Source of the DNA: Ptychomitrium polyphyllum
Taxonomy: Eukaryota
Assembly: GCA_973851085.1 (NCBI GenBank)
Contig: OZ316776.1
Span: forward strand, 7,936,001 to 8,000,000
Length of the DNA stretch: 64,000 nt
Reading direction: 5' to 3'
Part shown: positions 11,733 to 23,500 of the stretch, in pieces
Layout of the letters: each line of letters begins with the position of its first letter
Position numbering within the stretch: position 1 is the first letter of the stretch
Translations under genes and position numbers: made by a program
Notes under the pieces: model-generated
What the model saw: the letters and a program-made list of their open reading frames with translations, nothing else
Told to the model about the DNA's origin: nothing
The model's database searches: none

Positions 11733-13789
11733 GGGCTCAAGAAAAGTCGCAGTGAAACCACAGCGCTCTAGCGGATCGCAATCCAGGAGTCGAACCCGGG
11801 GGGACTGAAACTTCTCGCAAATCACTACAACAAAATCGACCCACTATTGTTTCCAAACTTCGGAAATCGGAAAAAAAGAAAGGGTGAGAGTGCCAAAGGG
11901 ATCCAGAACCTGCAAACCCTAGGGGTCCAGGAGAGTCGTCAAAACCGCACGGCTGCAGCAGATTCTTCTCAGGAGTTAAGCCTGGTGGAACGAGACCTGA
12001 TGGAAAGCAGCACAAGTTGCCCTGGGAGAGAAAAGATAAGCCTGCGGATCAAGGTGCCATGGCCAGGGCGATGGCGGAGCAGCCTGCCTGCGACTGTGAC
12101 AACGACGACGACAGTTCGAAATCCTCTCAGTTCCGACTGTTCACAAGCAGCCTTGACAGGTTTTCCAACGACCACATTCTTATCCCACTTTAACGCGGTT
12201 ATCACATCAATATCATGGAGGTATAGCACCAGTATCGAACGGGTGCTACCCTGGTATCACTCAGTAAGTATTCTAAGTCGTTTCCGGTTGCAATGTCGAA
12301 TTCTACAGCCAAATTTCAATCTGTGGAAGCCGTTCGATGGTTTCCCAATTCAAACATCAATTTCTACACGGGTATAGTTTTTTATACAGGTATAGATGGT
12401 GTCTCTCTATTTCCATGGTTTTGATCACATGTTTAGTTCACTCTTAAAAGTTATTGAAAAGAATATATGCTAGAATTTTTAATTTGTAAGTGTGTCATGA
12501 ATTCTAAATTTTTTATATGTTGGATCTCTTATAATTTTATATTTCTTCTCAAAATCTTTTGGTTCCTATGTTATAGGGAATATCACAAATGTTGTTCACT
12601 CCAATGGATTAAAAATCTTGAAGATGAGGATTTTCAATGAGTATAGTTCTTCAATTCATTAGAAGGGACTTAAATATTACATGAGTATCAATATTGATAA
12701 GCCATCAATAGCACTCAATATCACAATAGAATGAGCATCTTTGTTTTTAATCAAAATGAAGATAATTAATATAACATCATGGCAATAGGTGTAATTAGTA
12801 TACCGTGCCAATGAGCCAACTGTGGCAATTGGCAATTGCTTCATACTTGCATTTTTTTGATTTTTTTGTATTTTTTAAATAATTTGCATCTTCCCTTGTT
12901 GTCCATTTTCCAATGGTACCAAAAGTATTTAAACAGCTTTACAAATTACAAGATTTAAAATATTGTCACAGTAAAAAGAAACAAAATAAACCAGCCCTTT
13001 TCATTAATATTCAAATTGGCTCCACAAAACCCAATACACTATGTACACTGTCCACTCTCAGAACATCTCAAACTACAGTACAAGTGATCAAATCTTAAAT
13101 AAATCATCAAAAGCATTGAGAAAAACAGGCCAAATTAGAAATCGAAAAGAAAAGAAAATCTACCCTACAACACCTAGAATTCCTCCACTTCTAAACACTT
13201 CTAAACACAGACGCTCAAACTGCAATCTCTATTCATAGAATCCATTCAGAGCACAAGGTTCTGGTATTTGTAGCACATGCAGTGAGAGCCAACACCAACA
13301 AGCACAGCGGGTAGGTGACGTAGGAATCAGGTGGAGGACAACCTCACCTGCAAAGCTGCAGGCTCGCCCAACTTCCGTCTCCTCGGAACAACCCCCTGCC
13401 TCGGGCCCCACCGGGACCTCGCACTGGGATCCACGCTGAGCTTTTCGCAATTCAGTCTTACTCTGACTGCGAGTGCACTGCAGTCCTCGCGCAGGGGCGA
13501 ACTGCAAATCCTATGAAACTCGCACTGCAATTCGATGGTGAGGTGTGTGGGCGCCACTGGGATGCGCTGGGAGATGGTGGGCTGGGGTGGGATGTAGTGG
13601 GCGTGGGCAGGGGCAGCAGCAGGCGCAGCGCCTCGGAGGCTGCAACGGAGCATCAGGGAGTGTGGAGTAAGCGCTGGCTGTCGGAGCGGGAGTGATCCCC
13701 CCTGCGATCTGACCATGGCGGCGATGAGTGAGTGACGCCGGCTCCGAGAGTGGAGTGTGGCCAAAGCGAAGCAGGCGGGGAGGGTCGCG

Positions 13790-16700
13790 ATGGCGGACGT
13801 GATGACGGAGACGGTGGTGCTGGACGGGAAGCGCGTGGTGGTGACGCTGGACGGGGCGGGGCTGCTGCAGTGGCGGGGCGAGTGGGAGGGGCAGCTGCTC
13901 GTCAAGGCGGACCTAATCGGCTTCACTACGGCGGGATCGCGAGTCCTGCGTTTGTGCACGTTTCAGATGTTGGAGAGTACGGCCATGTGTGGGAAGGGCT
14001 TGCCGGGGCGGAGACGCCGCGATATGGTCATGGAGTTCGATAGCGACGCTGCGTACACGCTTTGTTGCGAGTCTATTCAGAAGATCCTGGATGCATCCGG
14101 TACAGACTTCACAGGCTCTTCGTCGATTGTTGTTTGCGGTGACACACTCTCTTGTTTTTGATGTTCTCGCGATTGTTTAAGAGTTGAGAAATCATGAATT
14201 TCATTGAAAACTATATTTATGGAATCTGAAAATCATCGAACTGCACCTAAGGAGTATGCTATGAGTAGTGATGAATGGGACTTTGACAGGGCGGCCGAAG
14301 AAGCTTTTTGTGATTGTTAACCCTTTTGGTGGCGATAAATCTGGAAGGAGAGTCTACACGACGACTGTGGAGCCACTATTGACGGTAGCAGGCATTTCCT
14401 TTACAATGCAAGGTGTGGATTTCCTTGTGCTTGCAGTAACTTTTTCTGTTGTTTTGCTGGGTTTTTGAAGGACTGTTTGCGATTTGAAACTACAGTATTA
14501 ACTCTCATCACCTAATAAGTAGATTTGAGAGGCGAGTACTGAATTTGATGTGTCTATGTTACACAGAAACGGAGTACCAACGCCATGGCAAAGACTTGGC
14601 CAAGTCTTTTGACGTCTCACAGTTTGATGGAATCGTCTGCGTTAGTGGCGACGGAGTGCTGGTTGAGGTGTGCTTCTCTGCGCTTTTGAATGGTTCGCTT
14701 AGCCTGCAAATGGAACATTTGACGTATGAATCACTTCCCCTTAGCTTCCTTAACATAATTCACCTGTTACAGCAGCATATTGTAAAGATATAGAGGGCTG
14801 TTTTTCATGCTGTAAAAGTGCAGGGTTATATACAGAGTTATTCTTCGACATATCTGTCCCCTCCGAAGTCATTGCTGTGAGCTTTTGGTCTGAAGTGCAG
14901 GTGTTAAATGGCCTGCTGGAAAGATCTGACTGGGAGGTTGCTATCAAGATGCCAATCGGTATTATTCCCGCTGGTACATTTCTTGCGAAAACTCTCCTAT
15001 TGTTTGATGATGTGTTATCAGGCAACTTTAGAAAGCCACTTGCAGGCATTCTCTCGTAGACCCCAGCCTGGATGTATTTGTTTTACTTCTGTGAGAAATC
15101 AAGGGAATGACTTATCTTTTATAACTATGTTTTTCAACCTCATTGCAAATAGGGCTAATTGCTATTTATACTTCCATTGCATGGGATTGTAGCGTCCGAC
15201 TAAAGTTGAGTATTTGAGTATTAGTATGTCTCCTTGTTGTTTTTCGAGATTCTGAATGATTCACATATTTGAGAACAGGGACCAGCAATGGAATGGCAAA
15301 GTCGTTATTGGACCATGCAGGGGAGTCTTGTGATGCAGCAAGTGCGACTTTCCTTGTTATCCGAGGTAGCTTATCATTGTTACCTTTGAAATTGAGTGGG
15401 GCTTATACAATTTATTGCTTGGCATATTCAACGCCATCAACAAATACCAAATCATGTGGGTCTAACAAGCAATCTTCACAGATCAGCTGCAACACTCGTG
15501 CACATGCGTGCGGTCCTTCTACTATATTAAGAGTCGTTTAGGGCTAACTAGTGTACCACCGCTTCATGTTCATTGGTTTTATAACTCCAAGTTGGCTTTT
15601 GATCTTTAAGTTGAATCAGTTCGTGGCTGAATGATCAAGGTGCATGGCAGGGCAGAAGCAACCACTTGATGTTGCGACCGTCAAACAGTCAAATGTCAAA
15701 TTTCACAGCATTTTGATGATGGCCTGGGGTAATTCTCTTAACTCGCTTTATGTTTGTGTCTACGTCACGATTGCTTTTGGAAAGGCTCAGAAAGTTCTCA
15801 CCTGTTTTTGGTTCGACGGCACCTTCTCTACGTGTAATTTTCACTGCAGCAGTCACCTGATAGCCCGCTTTGACTGTGGCTGTGCTAGGGCTTGTCGCGG
15901 ATGTGGATTTTGAATCAGAAAGATTCAGGTGGATGGGTGCTTTACGTCTGGACGTTTATGTAGGTGGTTTCAGAATCTTGTTAAGGCGTTTTCATTTCTT
16001 GACTTTTTCCTTCTCTCACTGGTTTTGTAGTTTCTTCTTTCTTCAGCTTTCAAGGGTGATCTCATTCACTTGCTTGCCTCTAAATGTTAAGTTTTTTGGG
16101 TACATTATTGGACGTGGCCTGGTTTTTCATGCTCTAAATCTGAGAGCAAGTTTTGGTCTCGTTGTAGACGTTGATCAGGATCTGCAATTTGCGGATGTAT
16201 GTTGGACACATTTACTACGTTCCAGCACCGGGATATGAAGGCACAGGAACCCCATTTTCTGGAGATCTTGAAGGGACTACCTTGTTGAAATCTCATGAAG
16301 GTGATGGTAATAGATTCTTGCACAAAAATGGCTATTCCGAACCTTTGCACGAACTGGCGAAATGTGCTCAATGGCGTGAAATGGAGGGTCCCTTCATCAA
16401 CGTTTGGCTTAACAATGTGCCTTTCGTTGGTGAGACTGTTAAATCAGCTCCTCATGCGAAGGTCCTTATTTAAGTTCCCTTCTCTTTCATTGAGTTGTGT
16501 CATGGCTTATCTAAGAGTGCAAAAAGAGCACGGTTAATTTTGCCAGATGAGGAGCTCACAATTTTTGTTTGGTTCCGGCAATTGTTACTGTACTTACTAG
16601 TACTCCATACTTTTTATCTAATCTTTTGCCTATCCGCAATTGCAGTTCTCAGATGGATATTTGGACTTGATTATTATGAAGAGTTGTCCTCGCTGGGCTT

Positions 16701-17212
16701 TGCTAAATCTACTACTTAAACTACAAACCGGAGGACACATCAAATGTAAATACGTGGAGTATCTCAAGGTATCCACAATCCCATGTAACAAAAGCTCTGT
16801 CATTTTTGGGTTGTGATTCTCACCTTCCTAGAGTCAAAGTTTGTACTGTCGTAGTCACTTTGAGTTGTGAAATAGGGAAACTATTATTGACTGCCAGCAG
16901 CTTCATTTTGGATAGAAGGGATTAAAAGTTGGTTGAAATGCTTCCCTTCCTGTTGTACGCTATGATATGGGTTAGCGTCAATGGTGTTAAAGACTTGTTT
17001 TATTATTAATACAACAGGTGAAGGCATTTCGACTTGATCCTGGTGGCCGGTATGGGAGTGATATTCAAGGCGGCTACATCGACTTAGATGGTGAGATCCT
17101 TGCAAGAGGCAGCGGTACTGTAGGTGACGGAAGCAGCGATATTATGGCCTATGGACTTCCAGTAGATGTCACGGTTGATCGAGGCTTGGCAACAATTTTT
17201 TGCCCTGCTTGA
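13790..17212 (+). CDS. SPHK: Sphingosine / long-chain base kinase (DAGK catalytic domain)
   Basis: Motifs VIVNPFGG, VSGDGVLVEVLNGLL, GIIPAGTSNGMAKSL, DVDFESERFRWMG and IDLDGE. Exons: 13790-14099, 14290-14412, 14567-14667, 14901-14973, 15279-15365, 15651-15728, 15889-15959, 16168-16461, 16646-16768, 17018-17212. Confidence 0.93.
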
Positions 17213-20200
17213 TAACTTCTGTTTTGATGCGTCATAACGTTCTAGGACAATGGAGGGGACTACCCTTTGGAAAATGAGGATCCAACAAAGATTTCAATGC
17301 AATCCTCTTTTCTGATTTATGAACAAATGCCACATCTATTGTGTGAATTTTCGAAACTCCATGCCATTGCCGAGTGTGCTTGGTTGGCATTTCTGACTGT
17401 TCATTCAAAATGTACTCCAAGCAGCTAGGTACTCCAAGAATATTGTATCTAGTGCCCCAGACATGGATGCGTGCTACAGCTCTCGACAGCGTTAAAGTTT
17501 GAATGGCCGTCAGTACTGTAATGTGCTGCTTAGAATTGTGATTCTTTGACCTAGGTAAAGCCATTTGGAGGTGGGCGAAAACAAGGTACTACAGCAGTGG
17601 ACAGTTGCCAGTTAAATACTCGACTGTTGCTAGTAGAATTCTCCTTAAAACATTTTTAATACTAAGAAGTTGACAAGTGTTTTCTGTTAGTTTTTTATAA
17701 TATGATACTTGTTTAGTATTCGCAATGAAATTTAGTTATGTATGCAGCTTTTAACAGTCAGATACTTCTATGGTTTTTATTAGCAATGGACCCTAAGGTC
17801 TTGCTGCTTCTACAGTATTCTGCTGTATAAGGTACAGTTGTGAGCACTATGGAAGGTGAACTGTAGATAATCAGGTATTGGAGGTCACATATTTTGGTTT
17901 CACATGAGAGTATAGAAAATGAATACGAGGTAAGCATATGCACAAGCAGGAACTTAGCACCACCAGATAACTACATATAATGCACTGCATACACATCAAT
18001 GTACACATTAGCATGCAAACGAAACTGGACAGTGTCCTTGCATTTTTAGTCAGTTGGGAGCAATGAAGCATATTTGCAAATAAAACAGAAAACATTTGTC
18101 AACTTTAAAGGATTGGACATTTAAAACCATCAATCTTCAACAAAAGCTGCACCACCGGCACTGCAGGCCCTGCTACAGACAACACCTGAAATTCACCGAA
18201 CGATTGAATAATGGATGGACGTGCTCGACAGATCAACGAATCAACCGATTTACGTAGATGGTGAATGTAGAGTCTAGGAAACCCTAAGAAAAGGATGGAC
18301 CAGGTCACGCTGAGGATGACAGGGGACCTTGCAAGAAAAGGCATCCTTTTATGCCACGTAAAGAATCTCATTTGTTATTAGGGGCGGGTCGTACCAGGTA
18401 AACAACCTTAGGTGGCAAGATTTCATTTGAGCGCATTTCTCATCATCGTCGCTCAATTGGTTACAGGTCTCTTACCTGTTCACACTTCATCGCAGTATTT
18501 CTGCCCAGCTATTCTGGCCAATTCAATAAACTTGGACATTTTCAATAGTAGGGATTTCGAAAATAGTTAGGAAAAATATGTGTGTAGCAAAGTTTTAACT
18601 ACAAAAATCCCCAAGTATCACCCAAGTTTCATTGAGCTATTGCCATGTATCACCTAGATATTACATGATTAACAGGAAATATTTGTGGCTGGGAGGTAGA
18701 AAGGAAACAAAATTCTTTGCTTCGTTCTGCATGCATTAAATTTATAAGCTTTTGGTGCCTAGGTTCCTGATGATGGATTTGTTTTGAGATTGCAATTGAG
18801 AATCGCTGTCATCCTTTTGATGGTTTGTGGGTTGGAAGTCCATCCTTCAGTATGTGTTGTATCTATGGTATAGTTGAGCTTTTTGTGTCACAGGATACAA
18901 TGGAGACTTTTAATAAGAGGAAAGAGCAGTGCAGTCCTGTACAATTGTTGAAAGCCTTCAGGACCTATATGTTGTAAGTGCCCTTTATTGTACAATTAGT
19001 TCTATATTCCTGAACTAAATTTTGCAGATTTCCAGATCTTAAAACCCACTGTATTTCAAGCCATGTGTTCTTCTGGGACCCTACACCACTCCAGGGAAAT
19101 ATGTATAGTCAGGTTTTCCCCAAAAGTGACTAAAACTGGAAGCTGTTCATTGCAATCAGGTAATGTGGAAAGCAAAATTCCACTCCATGAATTTTTGATA
19201 CATGACATGAGCAATCCTTCTAACATATCACACTCCTAATACAGAAGGGCTTAAACATTCCATGTGCAATAGAGATGGAAATGTGGGACCAACATTGCAT
19301 CCTCCAAAGAACATCCATCAAGTGAGCCCTCCATAAACGACACAACCACGACAACGAAAGATCACCCACTCGAGGAACCCGCCTCAGAGGCGTCCTCTCT
19401 CAAGTGAGCCGTCCAGCGAGGATCTCTGTGGTACAGCCGCCCAAGCCAAGAGGCGCTGCCAGAGAGCTCAGAATCATCTCACCTCCCCAATGGGAATATC
19501 GTTCCAGGAGCCAGACCCATGTGAGCACCCCCGCATACCGACACTGCCATCACACGAGGGCCCCCGCCATTACTCCCACGCGCACCCGTCACCGTCCCCT
19601 ACAGATGTATTCTCAAAACCGTCACTATTCTCACTCCCAACACTCTCTATGCTTTTTACAGATTTAAGAAACTCAATCTTCCGTAGATTGTAGACAACGT
19701 CGTTTTTTGGACATGAGCCTTCCACCACTACCTCGGAAAAGAAATGGCAGTCAGGAAAGGGATCCTAGGAAACGCGGGTCCGAGTCTCTTTCCCGCGGCC
19801 CTGGCTTTTCTTTTGCCCTTCCTGTTCCCTTCTCGTTTTGCACTGAATGACAGCGCGTCTCTTTGCCGTGAGGAATTGCTCCCTCGCGCTTCCTTCGCTT
19901 CATGGGTTCGTACATAAAACCGTCACTACACCAACAATCAATTTTTATCCAGGACGAGCTATGAGTATTGATTCTAAATTCTTCAAAATGTGTTGTGATA
20001 CCAGTTTTCGTTACTAGAATGTGGCGGTTCGGGGTATTGCCGGCTTAAACAGAGCGTCTGCGGGAAGCATACCCGTAAGCGGTACTCTGCGCTGATCCCT
20101 CATTATCTTAAAAATATTCTAGATTTGAGATTCTTAAACGTATGTTGGTTTTAGAAATTATCGGTTTTAGGTGCAGCGACGGTTACGAGTGTACATCCCT

Positions 20201-20596
20201 GGGCCTCTTTCCTGTGGGAGCGTCTCTTTCGTCCTTCCCTGTTCTTCATCGTTCTGCGCTTCCTTCCCATCGTCTGCAAGCGTCTGTCCTTTCAGAGGCG
20301 CCGCTTTTTCTTTATCCTTTGGGCTGCTCTCTTTATGAGTCTGCGCTCAGCTGAGTCTGGTGTGTAGGGAGTCTGCCTGGTTGGCGGTGTTGTGCGTGGA
20401 AGCTTGTTGTGTGCGTGTGGGAGGAGGCCGGAGGGCAGAGGGATACGACCACGCACGCTGGGACGGAGGGAGGAGAGAGGAGAGACGGCGGGGGCAAGTG
20501 GCATTGGATTGGGACGCTGGGTATTTTTGTTTCTACGGTGAGGTGAGTGCGGAGCGCGAGACACGGAGATGAGATTAGGGTAGCGCAGTTAGGGTT

Positions 20597-23500
20597 ATGG
20601 ATGTGGATGCGTCTGGCGGAATGGGAGAGCAGGAGGAGGCAGAGCGGGCGGAGGAGCAGGTTCTAGAACAGGATGGAGAGGGTGAGAACGCGCAGAGTGA
20701 GCTAGAGGTGGAGAAGAAGGGAGAGGAAGTGCAGGAACGGGAACAGGTTGAGGTTGAATCGACAGGGGGAGCATTGTCGGACCCGGTGGCCGTGGAGGTC
20801 AAGGCGGAGACGTCGTCTCCACAGGATTCGTCGTTGGAGCAAGCGCCGGAGCAAGGGTTGTCGACGCCGTCTGTTCAGTCGAACTCTCATCAGCAGCAGC
20901 AGCAGCAACATCAAGTAACGGGACCGCGGCCGGCGCCTGCGTACAGAGTAGTGAACGCTGTAATTGACAAGCGGGATGACGGGCCTGGGCCGCGGTGTGG
21001 TCATACATTGACGGCGGTTGCTGCTGTGAATGAGGAAGGCTCGCCTGGATATATTGGTCCTAGGCTGATACTGTTCGGTGGCGCGACAGCTTTGGAAGGA
21101 AGCAGTGCAGCTGGTCCTCAAGCTGCGTCGCCTGGTGCCGGCATTCGTATGTTTCTACCTCACTTTAGTTCGCTCTAAGGCGGCTAACGATTTGTGTCTG
21201 GTTTGAGAGCAGGATCGAATGGGAAGCCCGGTTTATTACCAAGTATGGATTGAGGCACAGTGTTCTCAAAGGGTTTAGAATATTGGATTCATGATAGTAA
21301 GTAGTTTGCGAATGCATGTACTGATCTAGGTTTATCCCAGCCTCTCCTAGCGCACTTTTGGAATAGCGTTTCTAAATTACTATGCCAGGCGGAGATTATT
21401 GATTGAAAGGCAAGAGTTAGCGGATCAACTCTAGACCTTCCCGTGAAATCAGTTATGATCTCGTGTCTAGGTGGCATTTTATTGATGCAGCGGAAAGAGC
21501 TTGTTAGTGAACTTAGTTTTTCGCACGCACTGGTTGTACAGGTTTGGCAGGTGCTACTGCAGACGTGCACTGCTTTGACGTACAATCTCAAAAATGGACA
21601 AGGTTAGTTCTTCACAAATCTTTGCTAGTAACTATTCTAGTCTGTAAGCGCCCTAGCCTGACTATTAGTAAGCAGCTTGAGGTATTTGAATTTTGAACTG
21701 TTCCCCGTTTAGGACTGCTTTGACCTTTGGCTGTTTAGGTTGATTTCTGTAGGGGTTAAGACATGTTAACATTTAGAGATGAAAATCGTCAGAATGTAAC
21801 TTGGAGATTTGTTTGGAATGAAATGCTAGACGTGCTTCTTGCTATGTGATTTCCTTTCGATTAGATCACGTGATAAGTCCTTTGATCCCTGTTTGTCCAG
21901 GCAGGGTTGTAAGTTGCTTTAAGTATACATCTCACATTTACTTTCATGTTGTGCAGGCTTACTCCCGTTGGAGATCCTCCTTCGCCTCGTGCTGCACACG
22001 CAGCAACTGCCGTTGGCACTATGGTGGTCATTCAGGTGTGGCCAACTGAGGTTTCGATTTCACAAAATTAAGCCGCTGTAGGTGTTAGTATGCTATTTTA
22101 TTTTCTTGCTCAACTGTTATAGAGGAGCTGACAAAGGTAGAGTACTCACAGGGGGGCATAGGACCAGCAGGCCTTTCAACCGACGATCTACATGTTTTAG
22201 ACCTTACGCAAGCCAAGCCGAGATGGCACAGGTTGGTGGTTTATGGCATTTGTTATTGTGAAGCATGGTATTGTTAGATCATAGTTGTGAATCGATAGAA
22301 CTAGATGCTTCTGATATTTACATGCAAGGTTTTGCTATGAACAACCTCCGAGCTAAATCATGTCAGGAGGTTATACTCTTGCTCTGTATGCGGTTTGCTA
22401 AGATGCTTGCTATGTGTTGTTTTCATCTATTTGAAGTGCTCAATACTTTGTATATGTGAAGGTTCGATATCAGTTGCTTTGGCTTCAGTAGGAAACTGAA
22501 GTCCTTGGAGAATGCCGATCTACTCTTAGGAGACAGAACTAAAGGTTTTCAACTTTTGTAGGGTGGTTGTGCAAGGAGCAGGTCCAGGACCTCGTTATGG
22601 GCATGTCATGTCCTTGGTTGGACAGCGATTCCTTCTCTCTATTAGCGGAAATGATGGTGCGTTGACTGCCTTTGGAACTGATATATAATGTAGATACTTA
22701 TGAAGTTCTGAATTTGATAATTATATTGTCCTGACAAAGGTTTGTCCTGGTAGGTAAACGCCCACTTGCGGATGTGTGGGCGCTTGATACAGCAGCCAAA
22801 CCTTACGAGTGGAGGAAGCTGGAGCCAGAAGGCGATGGTCCTCCTCCATGCATGTAGGTCATTTATAATAAGGCTCGGTCACTATTATCTAAGTTAAGAG
22901 TAGCATGAAGAGGTGCTTTTCTTTGCCGCAAGGGTGGTGATTGTTTAATAGATCATGTCAACATTTGTTGGCGTGTTTGTGCCGGTTTTGGCTGTGTATC
23001 AATTGCTGACTGTGCTGGGAATTTACAGCATTATAAATGCACTCGTCAGTATGCTACTAGTACTCGAAATAAATAATTAGCTGTCATTATTAATGTTCAG
23101 ATTGCTAAACTGATTCAAGCAATGGTTCCTGTTTTATTTCTTCTTGATTTCTTCGACAACACTCTGATGTTTTTGGTTTTTATCACAGGTATGCAACAGC
23201 TTGTGCACGATCAGATGGTCTACTACTTCTTTCTGGTGGAAGGGATGCGAACAGTGTGGTATGGTTATCTGTATTCTGCATCGCCAAGGATTTTGTGAAA
23301 TTTGTATAAATAATTCAGCATGTACTATGAGCAAACTTGCTATTCTTTAACCACACGAATATGTATTTCCCTGCAGCCACTTGATAGTGCATATGGACTC
23401 GCAAAGCACCGTGATGGGAGGTGGGAATGGGCAGTAGCACCTGGCATATCTCCGTCTCCAAGATATCAACATGCAGCTGTAAGACCTTTTAAGACGTTAC

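Noticed and set aside
11783..11860. tRNA gene on the minus strand
   Set aside because: Only a T-arm is present; no acceptor pairing, D-arm/A-box or anticodon arm.
12223..12248. TAGCACC/GGTGCTA hairpin as a Helitron 3' end
   Set aside because: No clearly positioned CTRR terminus and no second copy noticed.
11847..12377. 176-aa plus-strand ORF
   Set aside because: Non-ATG start, no motifs, overlaps the GC-rich SF3B3 leader and promoter.
16769..16776. U12-type donor in SPHK intron 9 (GTATCCAC)
   Set aside because: Does not match GTATCCTT, and no U12 branch site near the acceptor.
20050..20089. Hairpin with internal loop as an H/ACA snoRNA
   Set aside because: No box H (ANANNA) or ACA at the expected positions.
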